This document shows positions 27,726 to 37,703 of a stretch of 64,000 nucleotides of DNA, piece after piece. Below the pieces are notes generated by a model. It worked only from the letters and a program-made list of their open reading frames with translations. It made no database searches and had not been told where the DNA came from. The stretch is from an uncultured Lentisphaeria bacterium (GTDB lineage: Bacteria > Fidelibacterota > UBA8477 > JABMPR01). Within the stretch, counting starts at the first letter, position 1; each line of letters opens with the position of its first letter. Both the position numbers and the translations under genes were made by a program. The stretch covers positions 4,390 through 68,389 of the forward strand of contig CAZOBQ010000003.1 of the NCBI GenBank assembly GCA_964578155.1. Direction: 5' to 3'.

Positions 27726-28466
27726 TTAACTCAACTTCTGCTTCAGCTTGGCCACATAGCGGCGACTCATAACGTAGGGTTCCTCAATTCCCCTGAGGTA
27801 CACCCGATATGAATTATTAAACCACTCTTCCAAGCGATCTACATATTCCATATTAACGATGGTTGTTCGATGAATACGATTAAAGAATGTGCCAGGTAGG
27901 CGCGTCTCCCACTCAGCCATAGATTTGTGTACCAAAACTTTCTTCCGGTTTGACACTAGAACTTCAGAATAATCGCCCGCAGATGTGATACAAAGAATGG
28001 TACTGATCTTCAGAAAGCCCAGACTGGTGTCTAACTTTAACAACAGGCGGTCATGATATTCTAATTCCCGCTGGTCAGCGGTGTTTTCTTCAGGAGCTTG
28101 TTCCAGACGTTCAATAGATTGTTTGAGTCGCTCGGGATTGACTGGTTTCAGGAGATAATCCAGCGCATTCACCTCAAAAGCGCGTAGGGCGTATTCATCA
28201 AAGGCTGTTACAAAGATGACTTTTATCTCAGGGTTAATATGTTCAAGAACGTCAAAACCATTCATTCCGGGCATCTGAATATCTAAAAAGACAAGATCCG
28301 GCTTAAGCTCTTTGATCTTGTCCAAGGCCTCCTCTCCGTTGATTGCTTCTCCCACCACCGTGATGTTCTTATGCTGTTCAAGTAAAAGGTTGAGATCATT
28401 TCTCGATAAGCGTTCATCATCAACGAGCAGTGCCTTGTAATGTTTGGTCATTTTATTCACCGACAT
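27726..28466 (-). CDS. Two-component response regulator, LytTR (LytR/AlgR) family
   Basis: REC domain (LVDDE...DLVFLDIQMPGMNGF) plus C-terminal LytTR DNA-binding domain. Confidence 0.85.
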   Translation of the reverse strand: MSVNKMTKHYKALLVDDERLSRNDLNLLLEQHKNITVVGEAINGEEALDKIKELKPDLVFLDIQMPGMNGFDVLEHINPEIKVIFVTAFDEYALRAFEVNALDYLLKPVNPERLKQSIERLEQAPEENTADQRELEYHDRLLLKLDTSLGFLKISTILCITSAGDYSEVLVSNRKKVLVHKSMAEWETRLPGTFFNRIHRTTIVNMEYVDRLEEWFNNSYRVYLRGIEEPYVMSRRYVAKLKQKLS

Positions 28467-29544
28467 TCCTGAATATTGTTAGATTGACAATCACGCAATG
28501 ATCTTCCTCATAATTATTAAGGGTATAATTTCCAGGGAAGCGATTTTCTAAACGATCTTTTACGTTCTTCATACCTGTTCCCGTTCCTGCAGGTTTGGAA
28601 CGTGATGGATCTGATTCAGGAAGCCACTCACCACTATTTCTCACAGTAACTGTAAGTTCGTTACCCTTAACCTTGGCGGTGATTCGAATCTTCAAAGGCA
28701 TGTCAGATGTTTTCATACCGTATTTTACTGCATTTTCCACCAGTGGGTGGACAAGGAAACTTGGAATAGGATACTCTTCAGCCTGAGTCTCAACATCAAA
28801 CTCGATTTGGAGATTTTCCTCGAAACGCTTCTTCTCAATGGCAAAATAATGTTTGATCGCAGTGATCTCTTCGCTGAGTGGAACGTCACCATTATTCTTA
28901 CTCACCAGCGAGTAGCGGAGTAATTCAGCAAGTTCTGAAACCATCTCGCGAGCTTTATTTTGATCTTCCAGAATGAGTGCCCTGATGGAGTTAAGGGAGT
29001 TGAATAAAAAATGTGGATTGAGTTGATACCGTAACATCTGAAGTTGTGCGCTATGAGCTAGCAGCTCAGCTTTCTCGACGCGCATACGTTGTTCATCAGA
29101 TTGTCGCCAAAAGTTGATGAGGAAATAGAGACTGGACCAGGTAAATAGGATAAATGACTTCCAGTATAAATCTCCCAGATTATTGCGAAAGGTTAGCTTG
29201 TCTAGTGATTCCTGGAATTTTGCTACGCCATAAATTGGATAGGAAACAAGACGATCCACATACATCCATATGAGCGAAAATACGATTGAAAAAATCACGA
29301 CTGCCACAGACACATTTAGAAGGGATCGGTTTTGATAATCCATCGTTTGATAGATTTTCCGCATTATGAGTGTGACAAGGAATGCCACTACATAGGTGAC
29401 CGAAAAACCGATGATATTTGCAGTGTCCAGATCTCGATGTGAATAATAGATCAGATAATAAATAACACCATAGAGCATCCAGCCTGATATTTGTAATACC
29501 CAGAAGAGTGAGAGTTTGTTTTGTAGAGAGTTAGGGATCGTCAA
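28453..29544 (-). CDS. Sensor histidine kinase (LytS/His_kinase PF06580-type) with membrane sensor domain
   Basis: Multi-TM N-terminus. H-box (LNPHFLFNSLNSI). HATPase_c motifs (VENAVKYG, GTGTGMKN). Overlaps the response regulator gene by 14 bp. Confidence 0.8.
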   Translation of the reverse strand: MTIPNSLQNKLSLFWVLQISGWMLYGVIYYLIYYSHRDLDTANIIGFSVTYVVAFLVTLIMRKIYQTMDYQNRSLLNVSVAVVIFSIVFSLIWMYVDRLVSYPIYGVAKFQESLDKLTFRNNLGDLYWKSFILFTWSSLYFLINFWRQSDEQRMRVEKAELLAHSAQLQMLRYQLNPHFLFNSLNSIRALILEDQNKAREMVSELAELLRYSLVSKNNGDVPLSEEITAIKHYFAIEKKRFEENLQIEFDVETQAEEYPIPSFLVHPLVENAVKYGMKTSDMPLKIRITAKVKGNELTVTVRNSGEWLPESDPSRSKPAGTGTGMKNVKDRLENRFPGNYTLNNYEEDHCVIVNLTIFRNVGE

Positions 29545-29965
29545 TGTTAATTACCTTCTGATGAGTTTCTAGACTTGATATCGGAGGTAGAACAGTTATT
29601 AAATTTATATTCTACAATTTCGCAGCGGGAATCGTAGCCCACTAGTCTTTTTTCAATATTTTGTTGTCTATTCATGCTCCGTCTTTCCTGCTTTCAGTGG
29701 CAAAAATACTTATAAATCGAATGTCGCTTTAGTGAATTAGCCAAACGGCTTATTGGAGCGACAAACGGTTAAATCCAGGCGATCTAGATATTTGCAGGCT
29801 TGATATAGACTAATTCTTACCATCTATAACTCATATTATACCCCTTACAGAAACAATGCACCCCATGCCGATATTGAAGTCAAACTAATGCAGTATGACT
29901 TAAACTAGTCACCTAGCGAATAGCTTAGCCCACTATAGAAGGGTAATACACCAAAGGACTTTCAA

Positions 29966-30943
29966 GTGAAATACACAGTAATCCTCATATTTGCAATACT
30001 CTTACTCTCTTCATGTGTTATGGAGAAAGAAATACCTCGGTCGTTAACAGGTCCTTATCTGGGTCAACAGACCCCACCGGATAGCGCAGAGCTGTTTGCG
30101 CCGGGTATCATTTCAACTCAGATGTACACGCGGGATATCACCTTTACGCCAGATGGGAAGGAAATATATTTTTGTGTATCGGCATTAGGCTATAATCTGA
30201 TCTATACAACGAGAGAAGTGGATGGTGTCTGGACAGAGCCAGAGGTAGCCACTTTCATTACTGATGAGAAATACATGTTTTATGAACCTCACATCTCTGC
30301 TGATGGCATGACCCTATTCTTTTTATCCGATATGCCTGCCCAAGAAGGGGAGCCAGCAACCCAAGACATTTGGGCAGTTGATCGTTCGGGAGATGGCTGG
30401 GGAAAGCCATACAATTTGGGGTTGCCAATAAATACGGAAGCCGCTGAATTTTATCCATCGACCACAGTTGATGGAACACTCTATTTTACGAGAGCTGCAA
30501 AAGGATCTCGCATTCATCATATCTATCGGTCACGGAAAATAGAAGGAAAGTATCAAGAACCTGAAAAGCTTGGTGCTGAGGTCAATTGTGGCACGAATAG
30601 ATATAATGCATTTATTGACCCACATGAGCGCTTCATTATTGTTCCAGCAGTGGGGATGGAGGACAGTAGAGGGGGAACGGACTACTACATTTCTTTCAGA
30701 AGCGAAAACGATGAATGGAGTGACCCTGTGAATATGGGTGATAGGGTCACTTCTAGGGATGCCCGTGAATATTCAACAAGTCTTTCTCCAGACGGCAAAT
30801 ATCTTTTCTTTATGTCAGCAAAGGTCGAAGGGGAGACATCGTCAGATTATAAAAAATTATTAGAAGCATTTCAAAGTCCATTGAATGGAAATTCAAATAT
30901 CTGGTGGATCAAATCAGATTTCATTTGGACGTTGAAAAAGTAG
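29966..30943 (+). CDS. Lipoprotein with PD40/TolB-like beta-propeller repeats
   Basis: GTG start after AAAGGA. Lipobox LLLSSC. Repeated DG(K/M/T).(I/L)(Y/F)F motifs. Confidence 0.65.
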   Translation: MKYTVILIFAILLLSSCVMEKEIPRSLTGPYLGQQTPPDSAELFAPGIISTQMYTRDITFTPDGKEIYFCVSALGYNLIYTTREVDGVWTEPEVATFITDEKYMFYEPHISADGMTLFFLSDMPAQEGEPATQDIWAVDRSGDGWGKPYNLGLPINTEAAEFYPSTTVDGTLYFTRAAKGSRIHHIYRSRKIEGKYQEPEKLGAEVNCGTNRYNAFIDPHERFIIVPAVGMEDSRGGTDYYISFRSENDEWSDPVNMGDRVTSRDAREYSTSLSPDGKYLFFMSAKVEGETSSDYKKLLEAFQSPLNGNSNIWWIKSDFIWTLKK

Positions 30944-31099
30944 GTCCGCTTATCAAATAAGCCTCCCAGGACCCCAAAAAAGGCGATGAGTATCATCGCC
31001 TTTTTTAATAAGTAGTGAAATTGGTGTAAATATTTCTTGCAAATAGTATGTTCCTGTTGTACCATTACGCCAAGTGGTACAAGAAAGGACGCTTACACT

Positions 31100-31480
31100 A
31101 TGAATATTTTAATAGACATCGATGGTTCAACCCCATTATTTACCCAGCTGATGGAGCAGATAAAAGCAGCTGTTCAGGCTGATGCTCTATTACCAGGAGC
31201 CGCTTTACCATCAATTCGTCAGCTAGCAAATGACCTGGACCTTAACAATAAAACAGTAGCCAAAGCCTACCGTTTACTTGAGCGTGATTCAATCATACAG
31301 GCCAAAGGGTATCGAGGTACATTTATTCATCCTGAAGCCAAGGCTAATTGTACAGTTGATATAAATGAATGGGTGACCATAAAACTAAGTGAAACAATAG
31401 ATGCATTGCGAGAGTCGGAAGTAACTGATTCTGAGATTCGAATCGCTTTTGCAAATGTAATGACTAATCGTAAAAATTAA
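31100..31480 (+). CDS. GntR family transcriptional regulator (short YtrA-like type)
   Basis: Winged-HTH segment LPSIRQLANDLDLNNKTVAKAYRLLERDSIIQAKGYRGTFI. Start moved to the internal ATG at 31100. Confidence 0.75.
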   Translation: MNILIDIDGSTPLFTQLMEQIKAAVQADALLPGAALPSIRQLANDLDLNNKTVAKAYRLLERDSIIQAKGYRGTFIHPEAKANCTVDINEWVTIKLSETIDALRESEVTDSEIRIAFANVMTNRKN

Positions 31481-31490
31481 GGAAAAAGAA

Positions 31491-32372
31491 ATGCCCGACA
31501 ATATCATATTTTACTTCATATTCTTAAGTCAGATAATACTGATATCTTATTATTATCCTAATCAAGTAATGAATCGGATGAAGCGTGTAATAGCTAAATA
31601 TCCACCTGCTGAATATCCTAAACTTTATCCAGAGTCAACCGCAACTGTGGTCAAAGGGCGACGTATTTTCCTGACCATGAATTATGTGATTCTAGTAATT
31701 GGGATTATTTTAATGTTCGGCTACGGACTTTTATCAAGGGAGTATGAATCAACTCAAAAACATGCTGAAGGATTGCCTCTCTTTTATGGCATGTTGCAGG
31801 TTATGCCATTTATGCTCATCGAGTTCTCAGGGTTCAAGCAATTCAAACTCATGCGTAATGCGAATATACGTACAACCCGATTAGCAAGTTTGCAGCGCCG
31901 CAACCTTTTCGATTTTGTATCACCAATATTATTTGGGGTGGCAGTACTGATGTTTTCAGGATATGTTATTTTTGAATTTCTAATGGGTCAATTTGAATCA
32001 GCAGCCGACAATGATGGTATCATCAGAGTAGTTACCTTGATAATCTGTAATTTGCTTTTTGCAGTTATTATCCGCTTCAATCTGCATGGGAAAAAGTTGA
32101 ATCCGCATCAGGCTCACGATGACAGGATCAGGCAGATATCCTTTACTATCAAATCATTAATAGTAACAAGTATATTTGCCAGTTTATTTTTCATTGTCAC
32201 CGTCACATTACGGGAATTCAATCTAGAATACCTCGAAATTTATGCAAACGGCCTCTATTTTCAGTTTATAGCTCTGATCTCTATTGGATCTCTATTGAAG
32301 ATAATGAAAATTGAGGATATTAATTTTGATGTCTACAAGGCAGATCTATCAGCCACAGATCCTGCTAATTAG
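31491..32372 (+). CDS. Multi-pass membrane protein of unknown function, co-transcribed with the GntR regulator
   Basis: Six or more hydrophobic helices. 10 bp after the GntR stop. Confidence 0.55.
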   Translation: MPDNIIFYFIFLSQIILISYYYPNQVMNRMKRVIAKYPPAEYPKLYPESTATVVKGRRIFLTMNYVILVIGIILMFGYGLLSREYESTQKHAEGLPLFYGMLQVMPFMLIEFSGFKQFKLMRNANIRTTRLASLQRRNLFDFVSPILFGVAVLMFSGYVIFEFLMGQFESAADNDGIIRVVTLIICNLLFAVIIRFNLHGKKLNPHQAHDDRIRQISFTIKSLIVTSIFASLFFIVTVTLREFNLEYLEIYANGLYFQFIALISIGSLLKIMKIEDINFDVYKADLSATDPAN

Positions 32373-32384
32373 AGGATAGAAAAA

Positions 32385-32531
32385 ATGGAATCAATGGGAA
32401 TATTGGGGTTTGTTTTTGGAATGTCTGCATTGTCATTTGCGATAAAGGCGCAAGGAGAAATAGCGACAATAAAGGAAGATCTTGAAGCTTTGAAGAAGCA
32501 GCTGAAAAACCCTGGTACTCTGAAAGAGTAA
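32385..32531 (+). CDS. Possible small (48 aa) membrane/coiled-coil protein
   Basis: ATG 12 bp after the previous stop. One hydrophobic helix (GILGFVFGMSALSFAI), then a charged helix. Followed by a strong hairpin. Confidence 0.3.
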   Translation: MESMGILGFVFGMSALSFAIKAQGEIATIKEDLEALKKQLKNPGTLKE

Positions 32532-32575
32532 ATAAATTCGGTTAGTGAACAATACTGTATAAAAACATGCCACAC

Positions 32576-32616
32576 CTCAAAGAGGCTATCTCAAAACATG
32601 AGATAGCCTCTTTGAG
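32576..32616 (+). terminator. Strong stem-loop (17-bp perfect stem), probable terminator
   Basis: ctcaaagaggctatctc-aaaacat-gagatagcctctttgag, followed by an A/T-rich stretch. Confidence 0.5.
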
Positions 32617-32702
32617 CTAATAAAAAAGTGCTTTTCTGACAAAGCTAGCCATGCAAAATATTATGCTTCCACTATCAACCCAAATTAGCTAGACTAAGAA
32701 GC

Positions 32703-33416
32703 ATGAATTTAATTCTCATAGATCATGATGATTTCATCACAGAGAACCAGGTCCGTCTGAGTGGACGCAGACTGGAACACATCCGCATAGTCCACAGAGC
32801 AAAAGTCGATACTCAATTAAGGGTTGGACTGCTTAATGGCAATACTGGCAATGGATTGATCACCCACATCGATGCTGATTCCGTTGAGTTAACCATTGTA
32901 CTCACACAGCCACCCCCGGATTCGCTACCTGTCACGCTACTGTTGGCACTTCCTCGTCCAAAAATGCTTAAGCGTGTATTGCAAAGTATCACTTCTCTAG
33001 GTGTCAAACAGATTTATCTGATTAATAGTCACCGGGTGGAAAAGAGCTTCTGGAGCAGTCCACTTCTCAAGAGTGAGCAGCTCCATGAACAGCTCCTGCT
33101 GGGTTTAGAGCAGGCTCGGGATACAATGCTGCCGGAAATCCACCTGCGTAAGCTTTTTAAACCTTTTGTTGAAGATGAATTACCAGCAATATGCAAGGGA
33201 AGCAGGGCATTGATTGCCCATCCGGCAAGCGAGCAGATCGCATCACTAGAACCTAACCAGCCAACCACGCTGGCCATCGGTCCAGAAGGGGGATTCATTC
33301 CCTACGAAGTCCAGAAGCTGGAAGCCTGTGGCTTTACCCCTTTCAGTCTTGGAGAAAGAATTCTACGGGTCGAAACTGCAGTACCAGTACTGCTCTCAAA
33401 ACTCTTGCCAATTTGA
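32703..33416 (+). CDS. rsmE: 16S rRNA (uracil1498-N3)-methyltransferase RsmE
   Basis: PUA-like N-terminus. SPOUT motifs (LLLALPRPKMLKRVLQSITSLGVKQIYLI, AIGPEGGF). Confidence 0.8.
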   Translation: MNLILIDHDDFITENQVRLSGRRLEHIRIVHRAKVDTQLRVGLLNGNTGNGLITHIDADSVELTIVLTQPPPDSLPVTLLLALPRPKMLKRVLQSITSLGVKQIYLINSHRVEKSFWSSPLLKSEQLHEQLLLGLEQARDTMLPEIHLRKLFKPFVEDELPAICKGSRALIAHPASEQIASLEPNQPTTLAIGPEGGFIPYEVQKLEACGFTPFSLGERILRVETAVPVLLSKLLPI

Positions 33417-33516
33417 CTCAAGTCTCATTTTTCAAGCCGTGCAGCTCATTGTGATATTTTTGTGATGAACTAAAAGTTTCGTCCAACAAAAACCTCATCA
33501 CTTATATGTCGATTGT

Positions 33517-35688
33517 TCAGGTACCTTCTTCAGAAAGACAATGGAGGCGAATTATTCTGAGTTCTTCATAACTCACTTCTGCTTGAAGTGCATCAAAAAC
33601 TGGTCGAAGTGATATGGTCCCGTGTTTATTAAATGCTTTACGAGCAGCCAATTGTTTTGCTGAGGACAACTGAGATAGTTCCAGGAAATCCTTACTGGGA
33701 CGTAGAGCATTCCCCTCGGAACTAAATTTGTATAAATGGTTTAACAGGGTGTTGCTTTTAACTTCATATTCCGTTATCAACTGAGACAAAGTCGAGCCGG
33801 CATTATATTTCTCACCCACTACCTGGTGGCGAGGTTTACCGATTCTTTTAGCCATAGATGGGCGTTTCCTACCAGTCCCATGTTTGGACTTTTCTGATAA
33901 CTTATTACTCCGACAATATTCAGTAATTTTCTGCATAAAGGTCATGCCATATTTTGCATATTTCACTGAACCAACACCGTGTAATTCCAGCATAATATCT
34001 TCTGATTGAGGGAAATAAATGGCCATTTCAATTAAGGTCTTGTCAGGGAAGATCACATAAGGTGGCACATTGGATTGATCTGCTATATTTTTACGCAACT
34101 GTCTCAATAATTCAAATAATTCGGAATCATATTCCTGCTCTGCTTTTGTTCGGGGACGTATTTCCTGTGGTTCTTCCAAAGTAGCGGAAATACTTTGATT
34201 GCCTCTTAAAACATCCCAGGCTTTTGTGGTCAATTTGAGGCTGCCGTGCTGGATGTCCTGGGTTAATAGCCCTTTTTGCACAAATTTTCGCGAAAGATAA
34301 AACCACTGTGTTTTTGAATAATCCTTGCCAATACCGTAGGTGGAAAGACTATGATGAGCAAACTTCTTCACTTTTTGGGCTTTGGATCCACGCAGAACGT
34401 CAATGATGTGACCCGCTCCAAAAATTTCACCGGTGTGTTTGATGCAGGATAAAAACTGCTGAGCAGGAATCGTGACATCGACGGTAGTTTGGTTCTCACT
34501 CAAACAATTATCACACATGCTGCAACTTGTATCGCTGTGCGCTTCTCCAAAATAATTGAGCAGGGGGATGCGACGGCAATCATCAGTTTCAGCGAAACCA
34601 AGCAGAGCATTTAGCTGGCTTGTGGCAATACGTTGTTCGCTGTCATCTTTTTGCTCAATAAAAAATTTGATCTTGCGAATATCACCATATCCGAAGAGAA
34701 ACAAACAGTCCGCCCTAAGACCATCCCGGCCAGCACGACCAATTTGCTGGTAATAACTTTCAATATTTCCAGGCAGATCGAAGTGTAGGATGAAGCGGAC
34801 ATTGGGTTTATTAATACCCATTCCGAAGGCGATGGTGGCGACCATGATCTGGATATCATCACGAATAAAATCAGCCTGATTCTTTTGACGTATTTCAGTT
34901 GAGAGCCCGGCGTGGTAAGGCTTTACAGAATAGCCTTCACCCTCAAGAAATTCAGCCATTTCATCCACTTGTTTGCGAGAAAGACAGTAAATAATACCTG
35001 ATTGATCCGGAAATTTGTCAAGAAAATCGAGGGTCTGTTGAGCAGATTGTGATTTTTGCTTTATCTCTAGAAAGAGGTTCTCACGATTAAAGCTGGCCAC
35101 AAAACTGGCGGATGCCTCAAACTGGAGGGACTTTCGAATATCTTCTTGAACCCGCTGGGTTGCAGTGGCGGTTAAGGCCAAGCAGACTGCGGTTGGAAAG
35201 CGCTTTCTAAGATCCATGAGTTGGCGGTATTCCGGGCGGAAATCATGTCCCCATTCACTAATACAGTGAGCCTCGTCAATGGTAAAGCAAACCACTTTTT
35301 GAGTTGCCAACAGGTTCAGGGTTTTCTCCATGAGCAGGGTTTCAGGGGCTAAATAGAGTAAGCGAATCTTGTTTTGTCGAATACGCTGAACATTCTCCTG
35401 ATACTCATTTGTGGACAAAGAACTGTTTAGCATGAGTGCTTCAACACCAAGAGCTTCAAGTTGTTTAACTTGATCCTCCATCAAGGATATCAGGGGGGAG
35501 ACAACAATGGTCAAGCCCTCAAAAAGCAGGGCCGGAATTTGGTAGCACAGTGATTTCCCGCCACCTGTAGGCATGATGCATAGGGTGTCTTTTTTATCGA
35601 GTACATTGGTAATCACCTCTTTTTGTAGAGGACGAAATTCATCGTAACCGAATGTATCTTTAAGAATAGTTTTAGCTCTTTTGATCAT
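33517..35688 (-). CDS. recQ: ATP-dependent DNA helicase RecQ
   Basis: Helicase motifs I-VI (MPTGGGKSLCYQ, DEAHCISEWGHDFR, ALTATA). Zn-binding Cys cluster (CRR...CSMCDNC). RQC and HRDC regions. Start chosen at MIKRAK. Confidence 0.9.
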   Translation of the reverse strand: MIKRAKTILKDTFGYDEFRPLQKEVITNVLDKKDTLCIMPTGGGKSLCYQIPALLFEGLTIVVSPLISLMEDQVKQLEALGVEALMLNSSLSTNEYQENVQRIRQNKIRLLYLAPETLLMEKTLNLLATQKVVCFTIDEAHCISEWGHDFRPEYRQLMDLRKRFPTAVCLALTATATQRVQEDIRKSLQFEASASFVASFNRENLFLEIKQKSQSAQQTLDFLDKFPDQSGIIYCLSRKQVDEMAEFLEGEGYSVKPYHAGLSTEIRQKNQADFIRDDIQIMVATIAFGMGINKPNVRFILHFDLPGNIESYYQQIGRAGRDGLRADCLFLFGYGDIRKIKFFIEQKDDSEQRIATSQLNALLGFAETDDCRRIPLLNYFGEAHSDTSCSMCDNCLSENQTTVDVTIPAQQFLSCIKHTGEIFGAGHIIDVLRGSKAQKVKKFAHHSLSTYGIGKDYSKTQWFYLSRKFVQKGLLTQDIQHGSLKLTTKAWDVLRGNQSISATLEEPQEIRPRTKAEQEYDSELFELLRQLRKNIADQSNVPPYVIFPDKTLIEMAIYFPQSEDIMLELHGVGSVKYAKYGMTFMQKITEYCRSNKLSEKSKHGTGRKRPSMAKRIGKPRHQVVGEKYNAGSTLSQLITEYEVKSNTLLNHLYKFSSEGNALRPSKDFLELSQLSSAKQLAARKAFNKHGTISLRPVFDALQAEVSYEELRIIRLHCLSEEGT

Positions 35689-35834
35689 ATCTGATCCTGA
35701 ATTAGGTGAAAGACGACCGTTGTACAAGTACAATAATTAATTCGATTCATTTTTTGTCCAATTGTTTTAGGGTTAGACCAGAAGATATTGCATGATCCTA
35801 GCTGTTCACAGAGAAAAAAATCTGGACATTGAGC

Positions 35835-35960
35835 CGTCACCCCGAGCGGAGTCGAGGGACGAAATGTCAACATCTTGGCCAGGAGACTTCTCAGCCCTTT
35901 CGTCTTTGCGAAGAGTAAAACGACAAAGCAATCTCGGAGTTTCGACTGTTGGCAAATTGA
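35835..35960. repeat. Copy of dispersed intergenic repeat family (core CCTGAGC...GTCGAAGGACGAAA) with partial inverted partner
   Basis: gtcaccccgagcggagtcgagggacgaaa aligns with gtcttcctgagctcgtcgaaggacgaaa at 55613. A partially complementary tttcgtc arm lies downstream. Confidence 0.5.
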
Positions 35961-36213
35961 ATTAATGCTACAAAGTGATAGAGTGGTTCCATCCAGACTC
36001 TGAGATCACTGTACTCATTTCATTCGTTCACGAAGATCAGCAATAAGAGTTATTGCAAGCCCTCTGTATCCTTGGCGTCTGTAAGAGAGGAATGGTGGAT
36101 TAATACTCAAAATGCAACCTCAGAAAAGGTTTTTGCGACCTACATGGTGGTCGTGTGTCCGTACTATTCGCTACCTTCAGGCAAACAACACAAAAATTTC
36201 AGGAGGATGTGAA

Positions 36214-37671
36214 ATGATGACTAGAAAAAACCTTGTGAAAGTGAAGTTACTCATACTGGTATTAATCGGCCAAAATTATGGTCAAGTCCAGTTTCAGGTG
36301 CACACGCTCTTTAGCGGCTGGGGCAGTCCAAGGGGAGTTTGGGATAGCGATGTCTATACAGCCGATATAGATGGCGATGGGGATATGGATGTAATCTCAG
36401 CAGGTGGTTGGTATGTGATAAATTCTAGTTCTGGCGCGGAGTTAGTCTGGTACGAGAATGATGGGCAGGCAAATTTTACCAAACATGTGATCACCAGTCA
36501 TGGAGGCTCTCTTTCAACACCTGTTCATGCTACTGATATAGATAGTGATGGGGATATGGATGTGCTGTCTGGGAATTGGGAAGGTGTAATCTTGTATAAG
36601 AATGATGGGCAGGCAAATTTTACCAAACATGTGATCACCAGTCTTAGAGCCTGCTCGATTCATACGGATGATGTGGATGGCGATGGAGATATGGATGTGC
36701 TATGCGCCGAATCCGGTGGAGGGATCAAAGGTGGATATGTGGGAAGTTTAACCTGGTACGAGAATGATGGGTTGGCAAATTTTACCGCACATATGATCAA
36801 CAGTGATGCATTAGGAGCCAGATCAGTATATGCAAGGGATTTAGATGGTGATGGGGATACAGATGTGCTTCTAGCATCGGATCTGTATAACGAAATAGCC
36901 TGGTATGAGAATGATGGGCAGGCAAATTTTACCAACCATGTGATCACCACTGATGCATTAGGTGCCGAATCGGTTTATGCGACTGATGTGGATGGTGATG
37001 GAGATATGGATGTGCTTTCAGCCTCAGCTTGGGATAACAAAATAGCCTGGTATGAAAACGTGGGACATGGTGGTTTTACCATTCACATGATCACTACCGA
37101 TGCATTAGGTGCCGAATCGGTTTATGCGACTGATGTGGATGGCGATGGAGATATGGATGTGCTTTCAGCGTCAGGCGGTGACGGAAAAATAATCTGGTAT
37201 GAGAATGATGGGCAGGCAAATTTTACCACACATATGATCACCACTGATGCTTTAGGAGCCTGCTCGATTCATACGGCTGATGTGGATGGCGATGGGGATA
37301 TGGATGTGCTTTCCGCCTCAAGTAAGGATGGCAAAATAGTCTGGTATGAACAACTCACGCTTACTCCAGTTGAGAGTCAGGAAAAAGTTTTGCTAGAGCA
37401 TCAACTCTACGATAACTTCCCCAACCCTTTCAACCCCAGCACAACCATCAGTTATGACCTGCGCCACCCATCTGAGGTGAATATCCTGGTATATGATATC
37501 TGGGGTCAAAAAGTGGCTACTCTTGTCTCAGAAAACCAAGCAGCTGGTTGTCACGCTGTTGAATGGAATGGTTTGAATGCTCAGGGGAAAGCAGTTGGTG
37601 CAGGTATGTACCTGTATGTCATTCGAGCCAGAGATTTTGCAGAAACCAGAAGAATGCTGCTACTCAAATAA
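36214..37671 (+). CDS. FG-GAP/VCBS repeat protein with T9SS C-terminal sorting domain
   Basis: AGGAGG RBS. Signal peptide. At least seven D(I/V)D(G/S)DGDMDV repeats each followed by WYENDGQANFT. C-terminal FPNPFNPSTTISY...LLK domain. Confidence 0.8.
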   Translation: MMTRKNLVKVKLLILVLIGQNYGQVQFQVHTLFSGWGSPRGVWDSDVYTADIDGDGDMDVISAGGWYVINSSSGAELVWYENDGQANFTKHVITSHGGSLSTPVHATDIDSDGDMDVLSGNWEGVILYKNDGQANFTKHVITSLRACSIHTDDVDGDGDMDVLCAESGGGIKGGYVGSLTWYENDGLANFTAHMINSDALGARSVYARDLDGDGDTDVLLASDLYNEIAWYENDGQANFTNHVITTDALGAESVYATDVDGDGDMDVLSASAWDNKIAWYENVGHGGFTIHMITTDALGAESVYATDVDGDGDMDVLSASGGDGKIIWYENDGQANFTTHMITTDALGACSIHTADVDGDGDMDVLSASSKDGKIVWYEQLTLTPVESQEKVLLEHQLYDNFPNPFNPSTTISYDLRHPSEVNILVYDIWGQKVATLVSENQAAGCHAVEWNGLNAQGKAVGAGMYLYVIRARDFAETRRMLLLK

Positions 37672-37703
37672 TCCCAGGGGAAAGCGAAACCTGCAAGAGG
37701 TAA

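Noticed and set aside
35835-35960. Interpreting the repeat element between recQ and the FG-GAP gene as a riboswitch or small RNA gene
   Set aside because: The same core recurs at three other loci, so it looks like a dispersed REP/MITE-like repeat rather than a locus-specific regulatory RNA. I cannot exclude that it is transcribed.
36112-36213. 5' extensions of ORFs beyond plausible starts (36112 for the FG-GAP gene, 31037 for the GntR gene, 35733 for recQ, 11042 for the transglutaminase-like paralogue, 45970 for acnA, 56933 for FACS, 18269 for ctpA)
   Set aside because: Internal start codons preceded by Shine-Dalgarno-like sequences give proper signal peptides or conserved N-termini. The extensions encode non-conserved peptides.
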